A stretch of 64,000 nucleotides of DNA, taken from contig CANIAP010000001.1 of the NCBI GenBank assembly GCA_947465765.1, positions 98,371 to 162,370 on the forward strand, read 5' to 3'. A model generated the notes under the pieces. The model saw only the letters and a list, made by a program, of their open reading frames with translations, ran no database searches and was not told the origin of the DNA. A program made the position numbers and the translations under genes. Source of the DNA: a bacterium (GTDB taxonomy: Bacteria; Margulisbacteria; Marinamargulisbacteria; SXXA01). Positions 16,757-25,324 of this stretch are shown here, in pieces (the first letter of the stretch is position 1; each line of letters begins with the position of its first letter).

Positions 16757-19243
16757 TTAAACGGATTCTTCTTGTTTTTTCGGGGAGGTGCTTCTACTTC
16801 TCACTGCCCCGAGTTGGGTCAAGGCTTCGCGTTCAGCTTTTGATGCTTCCGGGGTGCTACCCCCTTGATGGATTAATGGACTTTGAACCTTATTATCTTT
16901 AATTAAAAGAGGTTGGGCAGTATTGGAGCTTGAATTATGTAGCTGGACAGGTGGCTTAGGTAAATCCCATAGGAATGTTTTGACCTCGGGTGGAAGTGTG
17001 ATTGGTATGTCGCTTTGTTCGTTACCGATCAATGCTTGAATAGTATTTCCTTGGTACCAAAAATGTATATATTGGTTGGGATCAACTGTACTTAATAAGT
17101 CTCTTATTGATCTGGGGATACTTTGTTTACCCTGAAGAGTACCGACTTGGACCGAATGAATTATGTTAGGTTGACTCTGAACTTGTTGCCCAAATACTAC
17201 CTCTCCAGGTTGTCTCTCCACGATAGGTAATTCCGACCTAGAGCTACCGAATATGTCAGTCCAGTCATGAGATGAACCAGTTTGGGCGCGAGGGTTAAAG
17301 GCGAGTCTTGGGACTGACGTACCCCCCCTTGGCGTATTAAAACTGGCGCCAATAAGTTGAGCTAATTGTCCTGTCTCAATCGAAGCGTTGGAAACTATCT
17401 CTCGATGAGCGGAGAGTTGATCATGTTCCGAAAAAAGGTTTAATTTCACCTCGTCTAAATTTTCGGTGGGCCGGCGCTCTAAAGTAAATTGTTCTGCAGA
17501 AGAGGTTGGAGAAAAGTTGGGTAAACAACTACTGAACAAACTTTGAAATCCTGAATTTTGATTGCTATCTTGATCTTGATGTTTTGATCTGGCACTTAGA
17601 GTAGGGGTTAGATACTGTGATGCTTCAATAACAAATGGCGTGCACTTCAAAGGGATCCCCTCAAAAGGGCTGGAAGCCCAATCCTCAGCTTTAACACTCT
17701 TCACTTCGTCATGTGAAGGGAGCCCTATTTTAGCTCCGCCTTGCGAAACGGGAAACAAATGCTCGATCATCAACTGAGCTCTAGATTTAGATTCCTTAGC
17801 TTGACCGGGTTCTGAGTCGGTTGGAAGGACGTGGTTAATAAAACGCTCGATGTCTGCCCTATTTTGGGCCGCCGCAGCTACCAATTTAGCTGGTAACCCA
17901 TACCCTCGTTTTAAAAGGGTTTCGTAAGTTTCTTCCGAATGCTCTGTAATCGCAGCTTTGAACATCGGATTAAGGGTAGTGTCAAATCCCAGGGCGGACC
18001 AAGTATTGGAAACTTCTGGCACATTATCCTCTCTTCGCCTCCTATTCGTTGTGGTTACTAATGGGACATCTAAACTCTTCCCCGTATTAGAGTCGACGTT
18101 GAACACCAAGGGAAAGCGTCGGACGAGATAGGCAACCGGAGTGGCGAGTGTATCAATAGCTGGAAACACAGTTTGTACAATTTGCTCCGCAGAAATACCC
18201 CGTCCGTCTTTATTGGTATCGAGGTTGTAGAGGAATCGAAAAACGTCCGGGGCATCAATCAGCGGCTGGGGGCTGCCTGCCGGAGCTGCCGGAGCTGCTG
18301 TGGCCAACCAACGCTGATATCGACTCAAGCGTGGAAAAGAAACCTGATCTCCGTCTTTTGGGGTGTAGGTGGCCGGGGTTAAGGCCGCAATCAATATCGC
18401 GGATTTATCCTTAGGATCAAACGTGTAATTTGATGCAATGAGTTCCAATGCGATTCGGACCAGGACCTCTCTCTTTTGGATGGGGGTGAGGCCATTTGTG
18501 GCGGTCTCAATAGTGGTCGTATTTAATATTTCATGTGCGATCTTCTTGGCAACGCGTCCTGAGACATATCTCGCAGCCATTAATGGGTGGGGTATGTCGG
18601 CGGGGGCATCGTCGATACCTGTACAAAGGCGTTGGATTGCCGCAGCGAAGATGGCTTTGACTTTCGTTCTGTTTCCGTCGGTATTGGCCACCTTGATTTC
18701 GGATTTTGTTAACGCCTTTACGATGCGAGGGTCGAAAGCTGCTGCCCCTTCGATGGTGTCCATATGGACAATTTGCGCGGTGCTTCTGTCGACATACTTG
18801 ATTGAATACTTCATCAATTCTTGGGTGATGCGGAGTTGAACAGTGGGGTGGAGCTCTTTGAAATTCCTGGTTTCCGTGAGGTCCGTGATCGCCGATAATG
18901 CAACGTCGTGGGCCGACTTGAACCACCCCTTCGAGAATGTTGCATTGCTTCTTCTTGAAACCGTGACTAGATAGGTGTCGATTATCTCTTTGACGGTAGA
19001 ACCGTTGGCGGTATTGAAATCATTAATACCATCAACCGTAGAGTTCGCATTTATGGCGAGGCTATGATATCTCCTATCACATTTCGTGACGCAATTTCTC
19101 GCGTCCGTTACTACTAAACCCGCTTCGCTGGATATCATTGAATACCGTAATAGGGGTCTTGCTGCCACGGCAACCTTTCTGTGCAAAAGTTCCACCGATC
19201 GGTGGTGAGGGTGGGTAGGCTTGTTAAACTGTTCAGATGTCAT
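16757..19243 (-). CDS. Large orphan protein (~830 aa; up to 899 aa if started at 19456) with an EF-hand-like loop and a polar low-complexity C-terminal third
   Basis: Long uninterrupted ORF. The ATG at 19243 (MTSEQFNK) follows an AT-rich promoter-like stretch, and the 71 codons upstream of it look non-protein-like. No signal peptide. No catalytic motif recognised. Confidence 0.7.
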   Translation of the reverse strand: MTSEQFNKPTHPHHRSVELLHRKVAVAARPLLRYSMISSEAGLVVTDARNCVTKCDRRYHSLAINANSTVDGINDFNTANGSTVKEIIDTYLVTVSRRSNATFSKGWFKSAHDVALSAITDLTETRNFKELHPTVQLRITQELMKYSIKYVDRSTAQIVHMDTIEGAAAFDPRIVKALTKSEIKVANTDGNRTKVKAIFAAAIQRLCTGIDDAPADIPHPLMAARYVSGRVAKKIAHEILNTTTIETATNGLTPIQKREVLVRIALELIASNYTFDPKDKSAILIAALTPATYTPKDGDQVSFPRLSRYQRWLATAAPAAPAGSPQPLIDAPDVFRFLYNLDTNKDGRGISAEQIVQTVFPAIDTLATPVAYLVRRFPLVFNVDSNTGKSLDVPLVTTTNRRRREDNVPEVSNTWSALGFDTTLNPMFKAAITEHSEETYETLLKRGYGLPAKLVAAAAQNRADIERFINHVLPTDSEPGQAKESKSRAQLMIEHLFPVSQGGAKIGLPSHDEVKSVKAEDWASSPFEGIPLKCTPFVIEASQYLTPTLSARSKHQDQDSNQNSGFQSLFSSCLPNFSPTSSAEQFTLERRPTENLDEVKLNLFSEHDQLSAHREIVSNASIETGQLAQLIGASFNTPRGGTSVPRLAFNPRAQTGSSHDWTDIFGSSRSELPIVERQPGEVVFGQQVQSQPNIIHSVQVGTLQGKQSIPRSIRDLLSTVDPNQYIHFWYQGNTIQALIGNEQSDIPITLPPEVKTFLWDLPKPPVQLHNSSSNTAQPLLIKDNKVQSPLIHQGGSTPEASKAEREALTQLGAVRSRSTSPKKQEESV

Positions 19244-19491
19244 TGGTGGGGGCCCCTTTCGAAGTTCTAAATATGATGATATGTCTAAAAATAAGGTCTT
19301 GGAAACTGTACCGAAAAAGCAATTGATTCTGTTTGTTATCGGAAAAATTTGAAAAATAATTTCAGTGAATTTGGGGTTGCCCCGTCCGGCCACGATTTGG
19401 GTGTCTAGGAATGAGGCTGGATTGCCGGCGAAGGGCTGACGATCCCAATGTCTCATGGTAGCATTGCGGTGTTCCGTTTCGGAGCGTGTGG

Positions 19492-19568
19492 GGGCCCATA
19501 GCTCAGTTGGTTAGAGCAACCGGCTCATAACCGGCAGGTCCTAGGTTCAAGTCCTAGTGGGCCCACCA
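19492..19568 (+). tRNA. tRNA with CAU anticodon (elongator Met or lysidine-dependent Ile2), CCA encoded
   Basis: Cloverleaf drawn by hand. Acceptor GGGCCCA/TGGGCCC, D-arm TAGCTCAGTTGGTTAGAGCA, anticodon loop CTCATAA, T-arm CTAGG-TTCAAGT-CCTAG, discriminator A plus CCA. G1:C72 pairs, so it is not an initiator. C4:G69 and C5:G68 resemble E. coli tRNA-Ile2. Confidence 0.9.
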
Positions 19569-19599
19569 GCCTTCGCCAAGGCTACGGCTGGCAGGCCAG

Positions 19600-19655
19600 C
19601 CCAGAGACGTGGCATGAAGGCTGCCCGCCCAGAGACGTGGCATGAAGGCTGCCCG
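19600..19655. repeat. Perfect tandem duplication of a 28-nt unit (CCCAGAGACGTGGCATGAAGGCTGCCCG x2)
   Basis: Read directly: copy 1 is 19600-19627 and copy 2 is 19628-19655, starting 32 nt after the tRNA 3' end. Confidence 0.95.
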
Positions 19656-19752
19656 CCATAGTGCTTCGACCGAAGGGAGAATGACGACGGAGGGCCTTTT
19701 AACTCCCTGTCTTTTGTCTATTTGTTTTAGTTTCAAATAGCTATAATGACTT

Positions 19753-19995
19753 ATGCACTATGTTTATCTTCTTCGCTCTATTAACCACCCCGATCAAACA
19801 TATGTAGGCTACACCACAAACATTGCCCAACGCCTTGATGAACCCAACTCCGGCAAATCAACTCACACTCAAAAATATAGCCCTTGGGAAATGGTGATCT
19901 ATACGGGTTTTATGGGTAAAGAAAAGGCTATTGCTTTTGAAGGATATTTAAAGTCTGGGTCGGGTAGGGCGTTTTCAGCTAAGCATTTTAAGTAA
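19753..19995 (+). CDS. Small stand-alone GIY-YIG (URI-domain) nuclease-family protein
   Basis: 80 aa. YVYLLRS...YVGYTTNIAQRLDEPN...W...E.A.A.E..LK matches the GIY-YIG core of the YhbQ/COG2827-like small proteins. Confidence 0.8.
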   Translation: MHYVYLLRSINHPDQTYVGYTTNIAQRLDEPNSGKSTHTQKYSPWEMVIYTGFMGKEKAIAFEGYLKSGSGRAFSAKHFK

Positions 19996-20018
19996 TCCCC
20001 CCGAATTCGGGGGGATTA
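19993..20018. repeat. 26-nt perfect palindrome TAATCCCCCCGAATTCGGGGGGATTA (hairpin; possible terminator or protein-binding site)
   Basis: Read directly. It overlaps the GIY-YIG stop codon. GC-rich 6-bp core. No T-run follows on the plus strand. Confidence 0.8.
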
Positions 20019-20032
20019 AAATCAGTATTTGG

Positions 20033-20260
20033 ATGAGTAAAAAATTAATGGCTTGGCACAAACTATCCTTAATCAAAGCATTTTTATCAACACGATCAGC
20101 TTGCGATCCTATAAGCAGAAAATCGATTCAAGCCTTAATGCAAGAAACGGCAGCTATTGTAAAAGAAAAAGCGCCTAAAATTTATTCGAAGGAGCTTACT
20201 AAGGTTATCTTTCAACAACCTTATTACAAGATCAAATTCCTTGAAGATCATGTGCCCTAA
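20033..20260 (+). pseudogene. Fic-family protein remnant (C-terminal-region fragment only)
   Basis: IQALMQETAAIVKEKAPKIYSKELTKVIFQQPYYKIKFLE resembles the segment after the Fic core in Fic/DOC proteins (..PKIYS.DL...LF.HPYTKI.FLE..). There is no HPFxxGNGR core, and the ORF stops before the usual winged-helix end. Confidence 0.5.
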
Positions 20261-20290
20261 ACCCTACGCCACCTGAATAAACTCCTCCAA

Positions 20291-21187
20291 TCAATCGCAA
20301 TGCTTGGGCCGTCCTAATTTTTCAAGGGCCTGGGTTTCAATCTGACGGACCCGTTCTTTGGTGACTCCAAAAATCCGACCGATATCTATTAGCGTCTTGC
20401 TGACGCCGTCTTGTAACCCAAAACGTAGCGAAATGATCATCCGTTCACGTTCATTGAGGGAGATAGTCATGCGGGCCTCTACCATTTCCTTTAACATATT
20501 TTTTTCCGCATTTTCGTCGACACTCACCGACTTTGAATCAGGGATAAAATCCGCGAGGGTCGATGAATCGTCGCCCACTGGGGTTTCGAGGGCGATAGGA
20601 TATTCCAAAAATTGAAGTAGTTCCCGAAGTCGGTCAACCGATATTTCGGCCCGTTCACAAACTTCCAATTCGGTTGGTTTTCGTTGAAATTCTTGGGTTA
20701 ATTCTTGGGTTGAACGTTTGACTCGGTAAAAGGCATCGCTCAAGTGAGCTGGGATTCGAATCACCCGTGCCTGATCGGTGATTGCCCGCATCATCGCTTG
20801 GCGAATCCACCAGGTCGCGTAGGTGCTGAATTTAAATCCTTTGGTAGGGTCAAATTTTTCAACGGCTCGGATGAGCCCGATATTCCCTTCTTGGATCAGG
20901 TCCATAAATGTGATGCCCCGTCCCACAAATTGTTTTGCGATATTGACCACCAATCGAAGGTTGGACAGGATCATTTTTTCTTTGGCAGTAGCGTCGCCCC
21001 CTTGTATTTGGGTTGCCAAATGAACTTCGCTTTCTTTGTTTAGGAGTGGATTAATTCCGATCTCTTTTAAATAATATCCGAGCAGTTGATCAGAGATGGT
21101 TGAGAAATGAGAGGCCGCTTGGACCGTAAAGTCTGATTCGGCTACAAATTCTTGGTCATAGTCGTATATCACTTGGGTATCGGACAT
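20291..21187 (-). CDS. rpoD: Sigma-70 family RNA polymerase sigma factor (group 1/2 type, short, in the dnaG-rpoD position)
   Basis: Region 1.2 (YLKEIG), region 2 ([35 protein letters not shown]...[12 protein letters not shown]), region 3, and region 4 ([15 protein letters not shown]...[20 protein letters not shown]). 298 aa. The start abuts the dnaG stop (TAAATG). Confidence 0.85.
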   Translation of the reverse strand: MSDTQVIYDYDQEFVAESDFTVQAASHFSTISDQLLGYYLKEIGINPLLNKESEVHLATQIQGGDATAKEKMILSNLRLVVNIAKQFVGRGITFMDLIQEGNIGLIRAVEKFDPTKGFKFSTYATWWIRQAMMRAITDQARVIRIPAHLSDAFYRVKRSTQELTQEFQRKPTELEVCERAEISVDRLRELLQFLEYPIALETPVGDDSSTLADFIPDSKSVSVDENAEKNMLKEMVEARMTISLNERERMIISLRFGLQDGVSKTLIDIGRIFGVTKERVRQIETQALEKLGRPKHCD

Positions 21188-22951
21188 TTAGCCCTCCTCG
21201 AGTACCTTGATTAGTGCTTGAAGCTCGGCGAGCAAGGGTTCAACGGCGTGATCCTTCCCGTCCGCGTCCAGTATTTTAAGCTGGCCTTTAATTTCCAGGA
21301 CACGTTGTTCCATCGGGTATCGTTGAATCATGCGAATGCATTCATCAATGGATCCGGGACCATCGCTTGCACGTTCAACCAATATCCGACTCAACGTTTT
21401 GCGGGAGTCATCCATCGGAAATGCATCAATCAACTCGCGGTCTGTGAACGGAAACTGGCACATTAAGGTTGCGATAGCCCGGTATTCGGGGGTATGGAAT
21501 TCGGAAATTTGTACCGATTCCAAAATACGCGCCCGGTCGGTGATGCTTGTCGCCATCGAGAAGAGGAGGGTTTCCTCAGCTAATTGGTATTTTGTTTTTT
21601 TGTTTGTGGAGGCTATATAGAACCGCTTCGGGCCCGGAGTGTAGCCGAAGGACGCGAGTTTTGCCAAGACCAAGTCAGGCTCAACTTTGAGCAGTGACGC
21701 GATGCGTCGTGCATAGTGTCGTTGAATCACAATATCGGTTTCTTTTCGGAGATATGGAATCATCGTTTCGATAATTTTGGATACGTTTTCAATTCGGGTG
21801 GGAGGGAGCGCCTGAACCAGACGCTTAAATTTAAATTCGGTAAATGAAATGCTCTCGGTGAGCCGATCTTCAAAGTAGTCACGCCCTTGGTGGGTCAACA
21901 CGTCCGCCGGATCTTTTTCGTCAAATGAAGCGACTCGAACAGATAGTTCCAATGCATTGCAATGGTCATAGACCCTTTCGGTAGCGGTCTGCCCCGCATC
22001 ATCTTGGTCCAGTGCCGTAATAATTGTAGATGTGAGCCGCGAAAGAACCCTCGCGTGATCGACGCTAAACGCAGTGCCTAATGCGGCAACCGAATGAGTG
22101 AACCCATATTGATGGGCAATGATGACATCGAGGTACCCTTCCATTACGACGGCGGTGCCCATTTTTCGGATGGCTGTTTTTGCATGGTCGAGCCCATAAA
22201 GTACTCTCCGTTTGGCAAAGGCCCGGGTTTCATCCGAGTTAATATACTTGGGGCCTGAACTTTGCGCGGTGAGGACCCGGCCTCCAAATCCAATCGTACG
22301 CCCCCGATCATCAACGATCGGGAACACGACCCGTCCGGCGAAGCGGTCCTGTAATTTCCCTTGGACCTGAATCGCAATGCCGGACGTTTGGATTGTCTCG
22401 TCTGAAAATCCATTGGAGTGCAGGTGGCGAATCAGTCCAAAGGGGTCCGGGGAGTATCCAATGCCAAAATGGCGTCCAATTTCAGGTTCGATTCCCCGTG
22501 ATTGTATATAGGATAGGGCAGGGCTATTGGAATACTGCGTTCGGTAATAGTCCCGAGCCATCGTCAGTTGAGCCCGAAGTTGATTCATTTCTTGGTCAAA
22601 TTGAGCGGCTTCTGGCGACAGCTCCTCCCATTCGACGGCGATCCCCATCCTGACCGCAATATGTTCGATGGCTTCTGTAAACGATAGGTGATCGATTTTC
22701 ATTAAAAACCCAATATGGTCACCGGATTCCTGGCATCCAAAACAATGCCACAGATGTTTATCGGGACTCACCGTAAACGAGGGCGTCCGTTCTGAATGGA
22801 ATGGGCATAGTCCCACGTAATGCCGCCCTCGACGTTTGAGCTTGACATAGTCTTGGATAATTCCCACGATATCTTGGACGGATTTGACTGCGGTGACCGT
22901 GGTCTCGGATAGACGTTGCATATCACTTCTTTGTATATGATATGCTCGCAC
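21188..22951 (-). CDS. dnaG: DNA primase
   Basis: Zinc ribbon (GLCPFHSERTPSFTVSPDKHLWHCFGCQESGD) and TOPRIM region (VVMEGYLDVI, DQDDAG). Start is either GTG at 22951 or ATG at 22921. Confidence 0.92.
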   Translation of the reverse strand: MRAYHIQRSDMQRLSETTVTAVKSVQDIVGIIQDYVKLKRRGRHYVGLCPFHSERTPSFTVSPDKHLWHCFGCQESGDHIGFLMKIDHLSFTEAIEHIAVRMGIAVEWEELSPEAAQFDQEMNQLRAQLTMARDYYRTQYSNSPALSYIQSRGIEPEIGRHFGIGYSPDPFGLIRHLHSNGFSDETIQTSGIAIQVQGKLQDRFAGRVVFPIVDDRGRTIGFGGRVLTAQSSGPKYINSDETRAFAKRRVLYGLDHAKTAIRKMGTAVVMEGYLDVIIAHQYGFTHSVAALGTAFSVDHARVLSRLTSTIITALDQDDAGQTATERVYDHCNALELSVRVASFDEKDPADVLTHQGRDYFEDRLTESISFTEFKFKRLVQALPPTRIENVSKIIETMIPYLRKETDIVIQRHYARRIASLLKVEPDLVLAKLASFGYTPGPKRFYIASTNKKTKYQLAEETLLFSMATSITDRARILESVQISEFHTPEYRAIATLMCQFPFTDRELIDAFPMDDSRKTLSRILVERASDGPGSIDECIRMIQRYPMEQRVLEIKGQLKILDADGKDHAVEPLLAELQALIKVLEEG

Positions 22952-22976
22952 TATTCCATAGCCTAGGGGTTCTCAT

Positions 22977-23954
22977 TTGCTAGAAGTAACGAATTTGACG
23001 ACGGATTTTTTGAACGGAAAACAGCGGATTCGAGCGGTAGATGGCGTGTCGTTTGAGGTGCGCCCCAACGAAGTCTTGGGTCTCGTTGGAGAGTCCGGTT
23101 CCGGGAAGAGTGTAACGGCGCTGTCAGCAATGAATTTGTTGTCCGGGAACGCGACTGTGTCCGGCTCGGTTCGGTGGAATGGGGCGGATGTGTTAACGAT
23201 GTCGCCGGATGCCCATCGACAGTTTTTGGGCCGAGATGTCGGAATGATTTTTCAAAACCCGCTAGCCTCGCTCAATCCAGTATTTACGATTGGGAGCCAA
23301 TTAATTGAAACGATTGTCTTGCATCAGCGGGTTTCCACCGCCCAAGCCAAGGCGATTGCGGTTGAATTGCTGACAAAAGTTAAGATTCCGGATGCGTTAG
23401 AACGGTTGGGTGATTATCCCCATCAGTTTTCTCTGGGCATGTGTCAGCGGATCATGATTGCCCTGACGTTGGCGATGAAGCCTCGGTTGATTATCGCTGA
23501 CGAGCCCACCGCATCACTGGATGTCACCATTCAGGCCCAAGTGTTGGCGTTGCTCAATGGGTTACGGGATGACTATCAATTATCGATTTTGTTGATCTCC
23601 CACGATCTTGGGATTATTGCTCAAGTTTGTGACCGGATCCTAATAATGTATCTCGGGCGAATTGTCGAATCGGGGACCCCTCACCAAATTTTTAAATCAC
23701 CCGCGCATCCCTACACCCAAGCGCTGATTGCGGCGATCCCGATACCGGATCCTGATTTGCGCAGTCGGCCGATGGTCATCGCCGGGGATATCCCCAGTCC
23801 GGCACATCTTCCCACCGGGTGTCGGTTTCATCCGCGATGTCCCATGGTGACAGAGGCCTGTCGTATTACGGACCCTGCCCTGGAATTGTTTTCAAATGGC
23901 CATTTAGTGGCCTGTTTACGCGCTCACGAATGGATGGAAATGATGGGTGATTGA
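22977..23954 (+). CDS. Oligopeptide/dipeptide-type ABC transporter ATP-binding protein (OppD/DppD-like), no partner genes nearby
   Basis: Walker A GESGSGKS, signature region FSLGMCQR, Walker B LIIADEPT. The C-terminal extension typical of Opp/Dpp ATPases (HPYTQALI...GCRFHPRCP) is present. TTG start with AGGGG upstream. Confidence 0.85.
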   Translation: MLEVTNLTTDFLNGKQRIRAVDGVSFEVRPNEVLGLVGESGSGKSVTALSAMNLLSGNATVSGSVRWNGADVLTMSPDAHRQFLGRDVGMIFQNPLASLNPVFTIGSQLIETIVLHQRVSTAQAKAIAVELLTKVKIPDALERLGDYPHQFSLGMCQRIMIALTLAMKPRLIIADEPTASLDVTIQAQVLALLNGLRDDYQLSILLISHDLGIIAQVCDRILIMYLGRIVESGTPHQIFKSPAHPYTQALIAAIPIPDPDLRSRPMVIAGDIPSPAHLPTGCRFHPRCPMVTEACRITDPALELFSNGHLVACLRAHEWMEMMGD

Positions 23955-23963
23955 TATAACACA

Positions 23964-23986
23964 AAATTTCCCTGAAATTTTTTTTA
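23964..23986 (+). terminator. Weak rho-independent terminator candidate after the oppD-like gene
   Basis: AAATTTC-CCT-GAAATTT hairpin followed by TTTTT. The stem is entirely A/T-rich. Confidence 0.35.
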
Positions 23987-24315
23987 TGAAATTACGATAA
24001 TTGATAGCGAGCGATTAATTTCGCTTAACCGCCTAGGGCTGAATAAGAGAGCAAGAGTTTCCCCCTTATGCTCAACTCACACTGCTCAGCCCTACCCCCC
24101 CCCAAAAAAAAAATCAAATAAAATGGTCCATCCGCATCATTTTTCCCGAACGGTGAAATGGGTGAAGAGGGTGAGCTCGACGACTTCCCCTGTTGCAAGA
24201 TCCAACCTTCGTACGGTATATTTTAAGCATATTTCACGCGGGAACTTCGTTTCATTAGTCTTCCAATCCCTAGCGTCTCTTTCGATAATTTATTTTCACT
24301 TTAAAGGATCTCTCG

Positions 24316-25023
24316 ATGGCTGCCGAACATGTACATTCTGTCTTAATGCACTTATCTATCCGTGGCGTTAACCTGGATGTAACAAAGTCAATTGTAGTGA
24401 TGTGGGGTGTTTGTGGCGTAGTCTTTTCGTTCTTGTTTTTGGCTAATTTTTTCAAGCCGGTTCGACGTGTTGAACGATTCCTTTTTGACTTCATTCAAGA
24501 TGCCTTTGCTGGCAGCTTGCATACCAAGAAGACGATTTGGTTTTCGTTTCTGGCGACACTTTTTTTGTTTATATTTTTCTGTAACGTGTCTGGTTTGATT
24601 CCGTTTTCAGAGTCGCCGACTGGTAATATTAGCGTAACGGCGGCAATGGCTGTGTTTGTGTTTTTGTTAGCCCAAGCGGTGGGTGTGTATTGTCATGGAT
24701 TTGGACATCTAAAGGTGTTGGTCCCTAGCGGAATTCCGTGGCCAATGCTTCCCTTTATTATTCCTCTTGAGATTATTAGCCAATTGGCTCGCCCTTTTTC
24801 GTTGGCGGTCCGGTTGTTTGCGAATATGTTCGCCGGCCATAGCGTGATGCTCATTTTCTTGGGTTTGATCACGGCTTCGACCTTCCCCCTTTTAAAGTTG
24901 TTACCGTTTGCTGGTGTCGTTTTGTTGTCGATGTTCGAGATATTTGTCGCTTTTATCCAGGCGTTCATTTTTACATATCTCGCTTCATTCTACATCAGCG
25001 ATGCTGCACACGGGGCCCATTAA
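24316..25023 (+). CDS. atpB: F-type ATP synthase Fo subunit a
   Basis: 235 aa and polytopic. The conserved Arg helix ISQLARPFSLAVRLFANMFAGH is present. First gene of the atp cluster. Confidence 0.92.
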   Translation: MAAEHVHSVLMHLSIRGVNLDVTKSIVVMWGVCGVVFSFLFLANFFKPVRRVERFLFDFIQDAFAGSLHTKKTIWFSFLATLFLFIFFCNVSGLIPFSESPTGNISVTAAMAVFVFLLAQAVGVYCHGFGHLKVLVPSGIPWPMLPFIIPLEIISQLARPFSLAVRLFANMFAGHSVMLIFLGLITASTFPLLKLLPFAGVVLLSMFEIFVAFIQAFIFTYLASFYISDAAHGAH

Positions 25024-25074
25024 GCCTGCAACTTGCCCCCATTTTCGGTATATATTATTTAGGAGGATTTTTTC

Positions 25075-25287
25075 ATGAATGCAATCGGAGCAGGTATTTC
25101 AATCGCGGTAGCGGCACTAGGGGTTAGTCTTTCGCTAGCTATCGTTTATTACAAGACGTTGGATAGCATTACTCGCCAGCCAGATATGGTGGCTACTTTC
25201 CGAGTATTGATGTTTATCGGGTTTGCTTTTATTGAAGCAATTGCCCTTTATGCGTTGGTCGTATCTTTTTCGATTATCAACAGCTAA
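25075..25287 (+). CDS. atpE: F-type ATP synthase Fo subunit c
   Basis: 70-aa hairpin protein with an RQP loop (ITRQPDM) and the ion-binding carboxylate in FIEAIALY. AGGAGG Shine-Dalgarno upstream. Confidence 0.92.
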   Translation: MNAIGAGISIAVAALGVSLSLAIVYYKTLDSITRQPDMVATFRVLMFIGFAFIEAIALYALVVSFSIINS

Positions 25288-25324
25288 TCGATAATTAATT
25301 ACATAAAGAAGGTGAAGAGAATCA

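Noticed and set aside
16485-16760. 91-aa plus-strand ORF in the ORF track
   Set aside because: It lies entirely antisense across the RNase P RNA gene (16367-16715). The conserved rnpB motifs explain the sequence, and there is no Shine-Dalgarno.
19600-19655. Considered whether the 28-nt tandem repeat is a minimal CRISPR array
   Set aside because: There are only two abutting copies with no spacer between them, no cas genes in the window, and the unit is not palindromic.
24095-24113. C9A10 homopolymer tract, preceded by the TAGGGCTGA...TCAGCCCTA inverted repeat (24034-24094), as a phase-variation switch for the atp operon
   Set aside because: It lies ~200 bp upstream of atpB in non-coding DNA with no recognisable -35/-10 spacing dependence. 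Phase-variable control of an essential ATP synthase is implausible, and nothing in the sequence supports it.
24123-24371. 82-aa ORF just upstream of atpB as a possible atpI
   Set aside because: The translation is basic and not hydrophobic, whereas AtpI is a small polytopic membrane protein. The ORF also overlaps the atpB start out of frame.
25075-25287. Possible Na+-translocating c-subunit
   Set aside because: The residue after the ion-binding Glu is Ala (EAI), not the Ser/Thr of Na+-binding c-subunits, and helix 1 lacks the Gln. H+ coupling is the default reading.
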